Virus record (IMG/VR): IMGVR_UViG_3300045988_146267
From: a virus
DNA length: 36,586 nt
Strand: one strand, 5' to 3'
Shown: positions 9,517 to 18,965 of the stretch, piece after piece
How positions within the stretch are numbered: the stretch's first letter is position 1
Layout of the letters: each line of letters starts with the position of its first letter
Made by a program: the position numbers and the translations under genes
The notes under the pieces: model-generated
Told to the model about the DNA's origin: nothing
Database searches by the model: none
The model's input: the letters and a program-made list of their open reading frames with translations, nothing else

Positions 9517-9681
9517 ATGAAAAGTAAATGTGATAAATGTGAAAGCAAAGATTTATTTGTAGAGATACAAGGGAAAAGAAGAGGACTATACTGTGGAAAT
9601 TGTGGAAGATGGCAGAAGTGGATAACAAAGCAAGAGTTACAAGTCGCAAAATTCAAGGGATTAAAAATAATAAAGCAATAA
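9517..9681 (+). CDS. 54-aa zinc-ribbon-like protein
   Basis: MKSKCDKCESKDLFVEIQGKRRGLYCGNCGRWQKW (two CxxC pairs). Confidence 0.55.
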   Translation: MKSKCDKCESKDLFVEIQGKRRGLYCGNCGRWQKWITKQELQVAKFKGLKIIKQ

Positions 9682-9691
9682 GAGGTAAAGA

Positions 9692-10102
9692 ATGAAAATA
9701 TTTAGATTTATGAGTTATGAAGAATTCAAAAAGTATATGAATGGAGAAAATTTATACAACAATAAAAAACATAAGGCAAAAACTAATTCAATTGGCTTTT
9801 GTTTCTTTGATATAAAAGATTTTAGTCCTGAATTTGCTTGGAAATTTTTAAAAGGTGCAATATTTCCTGATATATGTGTAGTATTCGAAGTTGATGAAAC
9901 ATTATTAAGAAAAGGATATGGAATTTATAGTGATCCAAATAAAACATTATATGAGCTTATGAATTTTATTCCTAAAATGATAAGAGTATCAGAATATTGT
10001 ACTGAAAAATATAACAAAGAAACATTTAAGTTAGTGAAATATACAACAAATGAATTGGATTTTTTAAGAAATTATAAAAATTTTGAATGGAGGGAAGTTT
10101 AG
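9692..10102 (+). CDS. Hypothetical phage protein
   Basis: ORF with clear context. Confidence 0.5.
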   Translation: MKIFRFMSYEEFKKYMNGENLYNNKKHKAKTNSIGFCFFDIKDFSPEFAWKFLKGAIFPDICVVFEVDETLLRKGYGIYSDPNKTLYELMNFIPKMIRVSEYCTEKYNKETFKLVKYTTNELDFLRNYKNFEWREV

Positions 10103-10387
10103 ATGGAAAAAGAGGATTTAATAAATGGAATTTATGCTTTTGACAAGGACTTAAAAGATTGTATTCAGCAAACAGAGAAGGACTTAGCTTTCAAAAAGGA
10201 TATTCTAACAATAAATATAAAACATGGAAAAAATACAGAAAGCATTGAAAAAGAGATTTATGAATTACAGATAATGCTAAGAACATTAGAGCAAACAAAG
10301 GATATGCTAGTTGATAATTTAAGTGAAAATGATGTTGAAATTAAAGATATCATTGAATATTGTGAGGAGAAAAATAATGAGCAATAA
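10103..10387 (+). CDS. Hypothetical coiled-coil protein
   Basis: ORF. Confidence 0.45.
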   Translation: MEKEDLINGIYAFDKDLKDCIQQTEKDLAFKKDILTINIKHGKNTESIEKEIYELQIMLRTLEQTKDMLVDNLSENDVEIKDIIEYCEEKNNEQ

Positions 10388-10637
10388 GAAAAGTAAAAAG
10401 TCTAAAAGTACATGGGAATTTGTTGATGGAATTAGATTATTTGACTGTAATCCCTATGTAAATATGAATAGGTTTAGAAAGTCAGTTGATGATGTTATTC
10501 TCGAAAATCAATTAAATGGACAAAAAGAAGCGTTGATTTATGCCATTGATTGTAATAATAAGCAAAATGCACAATATGAAAAAGAAATCAGAAAAATAAA
10601 TGAGCAATTAATGAGTTTAGAACAAAATAAAAGTTGA
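10323..10637 (+). CDS. Hypothetical protein (real start probably the downstream Met near 10377)
   Basis: ORF; MSNKKSKKSKSTWEFVDGIRLFDCNPY. Confidence 0.4.
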   Translation: MKMMLKLKISLNIVRRKIMSNKKSKKSKSTWEFVDGIRLFDCNPYVNMNRFRKSVDDVILENQLNGQKEALIYAIDCNNKQNAQYEKEIRKINEQLMSLEQNKS

Positions 10638-10640
10638 AAG

Positions 10641-10922
10641 TTGGAGGTATTTAAAATGGGAAATGAAAAATTTATAAATAAATGTAAGGAAATAGTTAAA
10701 AAATATGAAATGGATCATTTGGATAAGAGTGATGATGTTCCAGAATTTGATGTTTTTGTTGTTTGGCAATGTAAAACATTACAAAATAATAAGGCATTGT
10801 TAAGCACAACATTGTTTAATGGAATGTATTATGAATGCACATACAATGGAGACAAAAAAGAGCTATATTTAGATGCTTATAAAAAATTTGAAAATAGATG
10901 TATAAATATAAAGGAGGATTAA
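10641..10922 (+). CDS. Hypothetical protein
   Basis: ORF. Confidence 0.45.
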   Translation: MEVFKMGNEKFINKCKEIVKKYEMDHLDKSDDVPEFDVFVVWQCKTLQNNKALLSTTLFNGMYYECTYNGDKKELYLDAYKKFENRCINIKED

Positions 10923-10925
10923 AAA

Positions 10926-11312
10926 ATGGGTATAGATAGAGCATTTGTTACACCAACAATAACAGTGGATCAAGAAAAATATGATAGATTAATAATAATG
11001 AGTAGTAGATATAGAGAAATGACAAAAAAACAAGATGAAAAAACAGATGTATTTGATTTTGGAAAAGCTATTCAACTATTAAAAGAAGGAGAAAAACTAC
11101 AAAGAAAAGGTTGGAATGGTAAAAATCAATATATAGAACTAGCAACTAACATTAGTTATAAAAATACTGATGAAGAAATAATAAATGCTGAACATGATGC
11201 AATAGGAAATAAAGCAATAGCATTTGTAGGAACATCAGGAGTACAAATTGGGTGGCTGGCAAGTCAGGCAGATATGCTTGCAGAAGATTGGAAGATAGTT
11301 GAGGAGGAATAG
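10926..11312 (+). CDS. DUF2829 / Thoeris anti-defense 2 (Tad2)-like protein
   Basis: DFGKAIQLLKEGEKLQRKGWNGKNQYIEL...KAIAFVGTSGVQIGWLASQADMLAEDWKIVEEE. Confidence 0.8.
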   Translation: MGIDRAFVTPTITVDQEKYDRLIIMSSRYREMTKKQDEKTDVFDFGKAIQLLKEGEKLQRKGWNGKNQYIELATNISYKNTDEEIINAEHDAIGNKAIAFVGTSGVQIGWLASQADMLAEDWKIVEEE

Positions 11313-11316
11313 TAAT

Positions 11317-11430
11317 ATGTATATAAGTGAATTCTGGTGCGGTGTATTGGCAACAATAGGAGTTGAATTTGTTGCTCTTATAGGTTATTCAATACAATTA
11401 TATTTAAAAGAGAAGAAAAGAAAAAAATAA
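11317..11430 (+). CDS. 37-aa small membrane protein
   Basis: MYISEFWCGVLATIGVEFVALIGYSIQLYLKEKKRKK; gaggagg RBS upstream. Confidence 0.45.
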   Translation: MYISEFWCGVLATIGVEFVALIGYSIQLYLKEKKRKK

Positions 11431-11447
11431 AATCGGAGGATTAAATT

Positions 11448-11618
11448 ATGAAGATTGCTAATTTTGAAGAATATAAAAAAGAAAAATGTGTAAAATGTGC
11501 CAATAAGAATACAGATTTATGCTACATAAAAAGAATTATAGATGGAAGTGTAAATTGTGTTTACTTTAAAGACACAAAAGAGAAGGAGGCAAGTAATGAA
11601 TTATATAAAAGAAAGTGA
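11448..11618 (+). CDS. 56-aa Cys-rich protein
   Basis: CVKCANKNTDLC...C pattern; RBS cggagg upstream. Confidence 0.45.
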   Translation: MKIANFEEYKKEKCVKCANKNTDLCYIKRIIDGSVNCVYFKDTKEKEASNELYKRK

Positions 11619-12060
11619 AGAAATATTAAAAAATTATAGAAAATTAAGCACATCTTTAAATTATTTGCAAAAAAGAAAAATGAAAGTTATAAAAAAAGGA
11701 TTTCCAAAGGATGCAGGGGGAATACAATATAATAAACCTGCAATACAACATCAAGATTACAGCGAAAGCACAATAAATCAAATGTGTGAATTAATGGAAA
11801 TAAATGCACAAATTGAAGAAACACAAAAAGAAATGGAACTAGTTTCTGGTATTTTAAAAGAAATAAAAAAAGATGATGAATTATTACATAAATTTATTGA
11901 ATTAAAATATATAACTGATTATAAAAAGTCAATGAAAGAAATAGCTAGATTATTAAATTATTCTGAAAATAGCAATCATACTATTTATGACATAAAAAAT
12001 AGAGCAATTAAAGAATTTTCAATATTATATTTTGGAGTAAAAGGAATTAAATATACTTAA
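11596..12060 (+). CDS. ArpU/RinA-like late transcriptional regulator
   Basis: C-terminal HTH-like ELKYITDYKKSMKEIARLLNYSENSNHTIYDIKNRAIKEFSILYFG just before the packaging genes; start taken at 11596. Confidence 0.65.
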   Translation: MNYIKESEEILKNYRKLSTSLNYLQKRKMKVIKKGFPKDAGGIQYNKPAIQHQDYSESTINQMCELMEINAQIEETQKEMELVSGILKEIKKDDELLHKFIELKYITDYKKSMKEIARLLNYSENSNHTIYDIKNRAIKEFSILYFGVKGIKYT

Positions 12061-12175
12061 AGGGAAAATATTGCCATAAAAGTTTGAAATTTATGTGTTA
12101 TAATCTGTATAAGTGTAAAACTACAAAAAATGTAATACCTTTTTGTGGATTTCATAACATCTTCCTTTGTAAAAG

Positions 12176-12207
12176 GTCTATTTGCTTAAATGCAGATAGG
12201 CTTTTTT
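12176..12207 (+). terminator. Rho-independent terminator between the early and packaging modules
   Basis: GTCTATTTGC-TTAAAT-GCAGATAGGC stem (two G-U pairs) followed by TTTTTT. Confidence 0.75.
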
Positions 12208-12231
12208 ATTTTACAAAAGACAGGAGGCTCT

Positions 12232-12420
12232 ATGAAAGAAATATGTTTAAGATTTCAATGCAAAAATTGCAGAAAGTATTTATTGTGTTTTGGAAAGGAA
12301 ACTTGCAATGAAAATAGAGAAAATAAAAATAGAACAACTAAAACCAGCAAAATACAATCCAAGAAAAAATTTAACAGAAAAAGATCCAGAATACCAAAAA
12401 ATAAAGAAAAGTATTATTAA
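12232..12420 (+). CDS. Small Cys-rich protein, weakly Com-like
   Basis: MKEICLRFQCKNCRKYLLCFGKETC; RBS aggagg upstream; overlaps the next CDS. Confidence 0.4.
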   Translation: MKEICLRFQCKNCRKYLLCFGKETCNENRENKNRTTKTSKIQSKKKFNRKRSRIPKNKEKYY

Positions 12421-13552
12421 ATTTGGATATGTTGCACCTATAATTGTAAATAAAGATTTTACTGTTATAGGAGGACATCAAAGATTAAAGGTATTAGAAG
12501 AACTTGGATATAAAGAAATAGAATGTAATGTTGTTAATTTAAATAAAAAAGAAGAAAAAGCATTAAATATTGCATTAAATAACATTAATGGAGAATGGGA
12601 TAATGAAAAATTAGAGGAATTGATTAAAGAATTAAAAGATGATGATTTTGATTTATCTATGATTGGGTTTGATGATGATGAGATTGAAAGAATGTTGGAA
12701 GATGAAATTAATATAAAAGATGATAAATTTGAATTAGATAAAGAATTAAAGCAAATAAATAAGCCTATTAGTAGACTAGGCGATATTTGGATATTAGGTA
12801 AACATAGATTAATGTGTGGAGATTCAACAAATATAAATGATATAGAAAAATTAATGGGAAATGATATCGCAAAATGCATATTTACTTCTCCACCATATAA
12901 TATGAGTTCAAAAATGTATGAAAATTACGATGATAATTTAGAAAGTAGAAAGTACATTGATTTTAATTTAAATGTAGTTAAATTATGGATTAAATATCTC
13001 AAAGGATTTTTATTTTGGAATATTAGTTATAATAAAAATTCAAGATGGGAATTTATTGAAATTTTATACAAAATAGTTAAAGAAACAGGACTTAAATTTA
13101 TGGAATTAATTGTTTGGGATAAAGGACATGGAATGCCAATAGTATCAAAGAATATGTTAACAAGACAATATGAAGATATTTTAATGGTTGGAAACGATAA
13201 AGAAATTTCGGAGGACATGGAATTGTATTATTTAGGCACGACAGATAGAAAAGCATATTTCAATAAGAAAACTGGTAAAGGAATAAGTAATTATTGGAGA
13301 ATAAGTACAGGAAATACACAATTAGAAAATCATAAGGCTTGTTTTCCATTAGATTTACCAGTAAAAGCAATTGAATTAACGACATCTAAAGATGATATTG
13401 TTATTGACTGCTTTGGTGGAAGTGGAACAACATTAATAGCAGCAGAACAGACTGGTAGAAAGTGCTATACTATGGAATTGGATCCTGTTTATTGTGATGT
13501 GATAGTAAAAAGATGGGAAAAATTTACTGGAAGAAAAGCACAAAAAGAATAA
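12308..13552 (+). CDS. ParB/Srx-like N-terminal domain fused to a beta-class DNA methyltransferase
   Basis: LKPAKYNPRKNLTEKDPEYQKIKKSI...TVIGGHQRLKVLEELG; catalytic SPPYNM and DCFGGSGTTLIAAEQTGRKCYTMELDPVYCDVIVKRWEKFTG. Confidence 0.9.
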   Translation: MKIEKIKIEQLKPAKYNPRKNLTEKDPEYQKIKKSIIKFGYVAPIIVNKDFTVIGGHQRLKVLEELGYKEIECNVVNLNKKEEKALNIALNNINGEWDNEKLEELIKELKDDDFDLSMIGFDDDEIERMLEDEINIKDDKFELDKELKQINKPISRLGDIWILGKHRLMCGDSTNINDIEKLMGNDIAKCIFTSPPYNMSSKMYENYDDNLESRKYIDFNLNVVKLWIKYLKGFLFWNISYNKNSRWEFIEILYKIVKETGLKFMELIVWDKGHGMPIVSKNMLTRQYEDILMVGNDKEISEDMELYYLGTTDRKAYFNKKTGKGISNYWRISTGNTQLENHKACFPLDLPVKAIELTTSKDDIVIDCFGGSGTTLIAAEQTGRKCYTMELDPVYCDVIVKRWEKFTGRKAQKE

Positions 13553-13576
13553 TAGAAAGGATGTGGTGGAACTGAT

Positions 13577-14215
13577 GTGAATGTTGAAGATATAGAAAAA
13601 GACTTTAATTCTGGAATGTTAAAAAAAGACATAATCACAAAGTACCACATTACTTTGAACCAATTAAATTATCAAATAAGAAAAAATAAATGGAAGACAA
13701 GAAAACCAAAAGGAACTAGGGGAAATAAGGGTGGACACGGGACTAAAAATAACAAAAATGCTGAGATAACAGGGGCATATTCTAAATTCAATGGGTGTTT
13801 TTCAGATGAAGAATTAGAATTATTTAATGAACCTATAAAAAGTCAGAAAGATATTCTTGAAGAAGAAATAAAAATTTGCAAAATTAGGGAATTTAGAATT
13901 TTAAATAAAATTAAAGAATTAAGGGAAAGTAAAGACCTTACTATTATGAAAATGTCAAAATCTACTGAATTTGGAACAGCAACAGAGGCAGAAAATACAC
14001 AATTGTTAATAATCAGGTATGAACAGGCTCTTACAAAAATACAAGAGGCAAAAAGAAGAGCCTTAGACTCATTACATAAAATGGAATTTGATAAAAAACG
14101 ATTTGATTATGAAAAATCAAAGAATGATGATAAAAAACCACAGGGAAGTTCTGAAAGAATTGAAATCATAAATGATTTACCATATGATGAAACGGATGTG
14201 ATGCAAAATGAGTAG
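13577..14215 (+). CDS. terS: Terminase small subunit
   Basis: N-terminal HTH region, immediately upstream of and overlapping TerL. Confidence 0.8.
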   Translation: MNVEDIEKDFNSGMLKKDIITKYHITLNQLNYQIRKNKWKTRKPKGTRGNKGGHGTKNNKNAEITGAYSKFNGCFSDEELELFNEPIKSQKDILEEEIKICKIREFRILNKIKELRESKDLTIMKMSKSTEFGTATEAENTQLLIIRYEQALTKIQEAKRRALDSLHKMEFDKKRFDYEKSKNDDKKPQGSSERIEIINDLPYDETDVMQNE

Positions 14216-15581
14216 AGTAAGTATAAGAGACATAATAGCACCACATTTTGTACCCTATTTTAATTCAAGAAAAACAAATCAAATATATGAAGGTGGAAGA
14301 AATTCAACTAAAACATCAATGATTGCAATAAAAATTGTTTATAATTGCTTAAATGAAGATAATTGTTCTGCTGTATGTATGAGAAATCATCAAATTGATT
14401 TAAGAAAGTCAGTTTTTAGAGAAATAAAAAGGGCTTGCCATAGATTAGGATTAGTTGAAGGAATAGACTACAAAGCAACAGTTTCTCCAATGGAAATAAC
14501 ATTTTTTAAAAACGAAAATAAAATATACTTCGCAGGTGGAGATGATTTTGAAACTATAAAAGGAACAATAGATGAAAAGAAATTGATTAAAATTATATGG
14601 TTTGAGGAATTAACAAATTTTAAAGATGAGGAAACCATAGAACAAATAAAGGCAACATTTACTCGTGGGAACAATGATTGGTTTATGGCTCTATATTCAT
14701 ACAATCCACCAAAAAACAAATTTGATTGGGTTAATAAATGGGCTGCAAAGAAAAGAAAAGATCCAAAGTATTTAGTTAGTCATAGTGATTATAGAACAGT
14801 TAATCCAGAATGGGTTGGTAAAATAGCAATAGAAGAGGCTGAAAATCTAAGGAAAAATGATGAAAAAAGATATAATTGGATTTGGTTAGGACAAGTAATT
14901 GGATTAGAAGGACTTATATTTAATCCTGATTTAATTGAATATGTAAGTGAAAACTATATTATTGAAAATAATGTAGAAATTGTTTATATTGATTTTTCAA
15001 TAGATAGTGGACATCAAACATCAGCAACTGCTTGTGGATGCTATGGACTAGGAGATGATGGATATTGGTATTTATTAGATACTTATTATTATTCCCCAAA
15101 TGAAAAACCAGTAAAAAAGGCACCAAGTGAATTAAGTTCCGATTTATTTAATTTTAAAAGAAATATGATCAAGGAATTTAAAACAGTTACAGATAAAGAA
15201 ACAATAGATTCAGCAGAGGGAGCATTAAGAAACCAATATTATAAAGATTATGGTGTAAGATTGAATCCAGTTGATAAGGGTACAAACAAAGAAAAATTAG
15301 TCGATTATTCGCAGGATTTTATAGCCAAAAAGAAATTTAGAGTTATTTTAAATAATAACAATTTAATTTTTAAAAAGGAAAATGAAAACTATCAATGGTT
15401 ACCAAAGTCAGTAGAAAGTGGAAAACCAACACCTGATAAAACTGAAAAAGATTTACCTGTTGATGAAAGATATTATAATACTCATTCACAAAGTTATGCA
15501 TATACTTATGCAGACCATACACAAGATGAGTTTCAATATTGGGTAAAAGATAATTTGGTTAAATTAGGACTAAAATATTAG
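14208..15581 (+). CDS. terL: Terminase large subunit
   Basis: GGRNSTKTSMIAIKIV (Walker A-like), LIKIIWFEELTNF (Walker B-like), DFSIDSGHQTSATAC nuclease start. Confidence 0.93.
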   Translation: MSRVSIRDIIAPHFVPYFNSRKTNQIYEGGRNSTKTSMIAIKIVYNCLNEDNCSAVCMRNHQIDLRKSVFREIKRACHRLGLVEGIDYKATVSPMEITFFKNENKIYFAGGDDFETIKGTIDEKKLIKIIWFEELTNFKDEETIEQIKATFTRGNNDWFMALYSYNPPKNKFDWVNKWAAKKRKDPKYLVSHSDYRTVNPEWVGKIAIEEAENLRKNDEKRYNWIWLGQVIGLEGLIFNPDLIEYVSENYIIENNVEIVYIDFSIDSGHQTSATACGCYGLGDDGYWYLLDTYYYSPNEKPVKKAPSELSSDLFNFKRNMIKEFKTVTDKETIDSAEGALRNQYYKDYGVRLNPVDKGTNKEKLVDYSQDFIAKKKFRVILNNNNLIFKKENENYQWLPKSVESGKPTPDKTEKDLPVDERYYNTHSQSYAYTYADHTQDEFQYWVKDNLVKLGLKY

Positions 15582-15590
15582 AAAAGAGGT

Positions 15591-17096
15591 TTGAAAATGG
15601 AGTTATACAACAATATTTCAAGTGTATTAAGTAAGAAAAATGGAATAAATCTTGCTGTTGGCGACATATACGATTATATGCAAATATGGAAAGAATGGCT
15701 TGCAGGAGATGTAGCAGATTTTCATCATTATAAAGTAAAATTAGCAAGTGGAACAACGGTAAATAAAGAAATATTAACAATGAATATGCCTAAAAAAGTA
15801 TGTGAAGATATGGCAAAACTTTTATGGACTGAAAAAACTCAAATTCAATTAAAAAGAAAAAAAGATACTATAAAATTATGGTCAATATTAGATAATAAGG
15901 TTAATAATTTTACAACCAACTTTCCTATATTTATTGAACAAGTAATGGCATTAGGAAATGGAGCACTCATTGAATATAAAGATAATGGAGTTACAACAAT
16001 TGACTATGTAACAGGAGATTTAGTTATTCCTTATAAATATACAAATTCCTATGTATATGGATTAATAACAGTTTCAAGGTATTCTGAAATAGAGGATGCA
16101 GAAACAAACAAAGAAAAGACTTTTTATTATACTCATATTACATATCATGAACATGAAAATGGAAAGTATAAAAGGAAACATGAATTATATAAATCTGAAA
16201 ATGATAATGAATTAGGAAATGAAATTAACTTTAATGAAATTTATCCAGATATAGAAAAAGAAGATGAAATTGAAACTGATGTCCCATATTTTCAAGTTTT
16301 AAAGCCAAATTTGGCAAATAATTTAGATATGTCAAGTCCATTAGGAATATCTATTTTTGCAAATTCAATTGATAGGTTTAAAGCAATAGACTTAAAGTAT
16401 GATAGTTTTTCGAGAGAGTTTGTTTTAGGAAAGAAAAGAATATTAGTAGATAATACGACATTAAAGGCAAAAGCAATTCCTAATGAAAATGGTAAGATTG
16501 ATTATGTACAACAATTTGATGCTAATGATGAGGTGTATGTTGCAGTTGAAGGGATGGAAAAACAACCAGCAAAAGAAATAGATTTTACTTTAAGGACAAA
16601 AGATCATATTGATGCAATAAATGCAGAATTAAATTGGCTATCATCTAATGTAGGATTAGGAGAGAACTATTATAAATTTGATGGTGTATCAGTAAAAACT
16701 GCAACAGAAGTTATATCAGAGAATAGTAAGGCTTTTAGAACAAGAACAAGGCATTTAATAAATGTTAATGATGTTGTGTATGATTTAGTAAGAGCAATTT
16801 GCCATATAGAAGGAATAGATGCATCAGATATTGTAATCACTCCAGATGATTCAATAATAACTGATAAAAATGCAGAGAAAACTCTTGCTTTAATGGAAGT
16901 ACAACAAGGATTAAAAAGTAAAAAATCATACTTGATAAAATTTGAAGGAATGACAGAGCAACAAGCACAAGAAGAGCTAGACAAAATAAATGAAGAAAAA
17001 ATGACAAATCAAGAGGTTTTCGGATTTCCAACAGATGAAGGACAAACAATAAATAAAGAAGAAAATAAAAAGAAAAATGAGGAAAAGGAGGAATAA
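15591..17096 (+). CDS. Portal protein (SPP1-like)
   Basis: Size, position after TerL, portal-like sequence. Confidence 0.85.
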   Translation: MKMELYNNISSVLSKKNGINLAVGDIYDYMQIWKEWLAGDVADFHHYKVKLASGTTVNKEILTMNMPKKVCEDMAKLLWTEKTQIQLKRKKDTIKLWSILDNKVNNFTTNFPIFIEQVMALGNGALIEYKDNGVTTIDYVTGDLVIPYKYTNSYVYGLITVSRYSEIEDAETNKEKTFYYTHITYHEHENGKYKRKHELYKSENDNELGNEINFNEIYPDIEKEDEIETDVPYFQVLKPNLANNLDMSSPLGISIFANSIDRFKAIDLKYDSFSREFVLGKKRILVDNTTLKAKAIPNENGKIDYVQQFDANDEVYVAVEGMEKQPAKEIDFTLRTKDHIDAINAELNWLSSNVGLGENYYKFDGVSVKTATEVISENSKAFRTRTRHLINVNDVVYDLVRAICHIEGIDASDIVITPDDSIITDKNAEKTLALMEVQQGLKSKKSYLIKFEGMTEQQAQEELDKINEEKMTNQEVFGFPTDEGQTINKEENKKKNEEKEE

Positions 17097-17099
17097 TAA

Positions 17100-18584
17100 A
17101 TGTTACCTCCTAATTATCTTGAAGAAGTCGAAAAACAAGCAGTAAATGTTTATAATGACTTGGAATTAGAAATAATAAAACAAATATCAGAAAGAATTGC
17201 GAATGTAGGATATGCAAATACAGTTGTAAAAAATGATATATTAATAGCACAGGAAATGGGAATGCTATATTCGGATATAATAGACCTAGTATCTAAATAC
17301 AATAAAACAAGTTATGAAGAAATTTCAAAAATATTTGAAAATGCAGGAATAACAACAATAAAAAATGATGATAAAATTTATAAAGAGGCAGGACTTAATC
17401 CAATAAAAATAAAACAGGACAAAGCAATGATGAAATTATTGATAGCTTCTGTAAATAAAACTAATAGTAATTTATCTAATTTAACAATGACAACAGCCTC
17501 AACTGGTCAAACTGAGTTTGTAAATGCAATGAATAGAGCATATATGGAAGTTTCAACAGGAGTAAAAAGTTATTCAAATGCAATAATTGATGCAATAGAT
17601 AATTTAAGTTCAAAAGGAGCAGTAGTAAAATATCCATCTGGACATCAGATGTCTTTAGAAAGTGCAGCGAGAATGAATATTATTACTGGGGTAAATCAAA
17701 CTTGTGGAAAGATGCAATTATTAAGAGCTGAAGAATTAGGGTGGGACTTGATGGAAATAACTGCACATGGAGGTGCAAGACCTGAACACGCAAGTTGGCA
17801 AGGTAAGATTGTTAGCAGAAGTGGTAGAAAAGGCTATTTAAGTTTAGATGATATTGGATATGGAAAAGTTACAGGATTTAAAGGAATAAATTGTAGACAC
17901 GACTGGAATCCATATTTTGAAGGATCATCAAAAACATATACTGATGAGCAATTGAAAAAATGGCAAGATGAAACAATAGAATACAAAGGCAAAAAAATGA
18001 CAAAATATGAGGCAAGTCAAGTACAAAGAAATATGGAAAGAGTAATAAGACAAGACAAAAAAGAATTAGCTGGAATTCAAGGAATTTTAACAAGTAATAA
18101 TACTGATGAAAAATTAATTGAAGATACTAAAACAAAATTTGCAAGAAAAACTTTATATTATAATAGTCATAAAAAAGAATTAGAAGAATTTACTAATGCG
18201 ATTGAATCCACATCTGATAGAACAAAAATGTATATAGGACAGCCAGAAAAAACAATAAAAACAAATATGAAAGCAATTACACAGATTGCTAATAAATACA
18301 ATAGTAAGATTGTTGGAAAAAAAGTAAATAATTTTGAAATAAAAGAAGTTTCAGAACATATAATATCAAGAACTTATGCCAGAAATTTAGATTTTGAAGA
18401 TATACAAGATACCTTGAACAATCCGCTTGATTATGGTAAAATTAAAACAGACAATCAAGGAAGAAAAAGCATAAATATTTATGGGAAAAAGGTAACAGTT
18501 TCAATAAATCCTGATACAGGAAAATTAGCAACTGCAAGACCAACTAATAAGAGGGAGTTGAAAAGGTATGAACATAAAGAATAA
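17100..18584 (+). CDS. Minor capsid / head morphogenesis protein with C-terminal BECR/PBECR-like nuclease domain
   Basis: ITAHGGARPEHASWQGKIVSRSG...FKGINCRHDWNPY; C-terminus HIISRTYARNLDFEDIQDTLNNPLDYGKIKTDNQGRKSINIYGKKVTVSINPDTGKLATARPTNKRE. Confidence 0.8.
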   Translation: MLPPNYLEEVEKQAVNVYNDLELEIIKQISERIANVGYANTVVKNDILIAQEMGMLYSDIIDLVSKYNKTSYEEISKIFENAGITTIKNDDKIYKEAGLNPIKIKQDKAMMKLLIASVNKTNSNLSNLTMTTASTGQTEFVNAMNRAYMEVSTGVKSYSNAIIDAIDNLSSKGAVVKYPSGHQMSLESAARMNIITGVNQTCGKMQLLRAEELGWDLMEITAHGGARPEHASWQGKIVSRSGRKGYLSLDDIGYGKVTGFKGINCRHDWNPYFEGSSKTYTDEQLKKWQDETIEYKGKKMTKYEASQVQRNMERVIRQDKKELAGIQGILTSNNTDEKLIEDTKTKFARKTLYYNSHKKELEEFTNAIESTSDRTKMYIGQPEKTIKTNMKAITQIANKYNSKIVGKKVNNFEIKEVSEHIISRTYARNLDFEDIQDTLNNPLDYGKIKTDNQGRKSINIYGKKVTVSINPDTGKLATARPTNKRELKRYEHKE

Positions 18585-18795
18585 GTTAGATGATAATGAA
18601 ATAAAACTTTTAGAAAGTGTAAATATAAAATTAGAAGACAAAGACTATACAATAGACGATACAGGAGAAATTATTGAGAGATTAGATGAAGAAATTCATA
18701 ATCATTTGGATAAAAATCTAAATTTTACAGAAAAATCAATAGAATTAGAAAAATTACAAGATAAAATATTAAAATTTGAAGAAAATATTGATTAG
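18568..18795 (+). CDS. Hypothetical small protein
   Basis: ORF overlapping the previous gene end. Confidence 0.45.
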   Translation: MNIKNKLDDNEIKLLESVNIKLEDKDYTIDDTGEIIERLDEEIHNHLDKNLNFTEKSIELEKLQDKILKFEENID

Positions 18796-18820
18796 TTATT
18801 AATTTTATAATTATAAAGTG

Positions 18821-18856
18821 AAAGAGCATTTTGCCAATGTCGGTAAGATGTTCTTT
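18821..18856 (+). terminator. Long hairpin between the head-morphogenesis and scaffold genes
   Basis: aaagagcattttgcc-aatgtc-ggtaagatgttcttt, about 15 near-continuous pairs with G-U pairs; U-rich sequence follows. Confidence 0.6.
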
Positions 18857-18965
18857 TTATGTCTTTTTACTGTATTGCAGACTATAAAGAACAACACAGG
18901 TATTAGTCTTTTTACTATTTTAAAGACTTAAAAGAATAATTTAGGTATTTAAGGAGGTTTTTTAA

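Noticed and set aside
12084-12311. 75-aa ORF upstream of the methyltransferase
   Set aside because: Covers the terminator hairpin and lacks RBS; the 12232 start in another frame has a good RBS and is preferred.
12478-12879. 133-aa minus-strand ORF, and the many other minus ORFs inside plus-strand genes (e.g. 9369..9656, 16670..16984, 22213..22515)
   Set aside because: Antisense shadows of well-supported plus-strand CDSs in AT-rich DNA; Phe/Leu/Ser-rich low-complexity translations without RBS.
13209-13211. CGG within the methyltransferase as a further recoding site
   Set aside because: It is out of frame (att tcg gag gac) in an intact ORF. The same holds for about 30 other CGG trinucleotides checked by eye.
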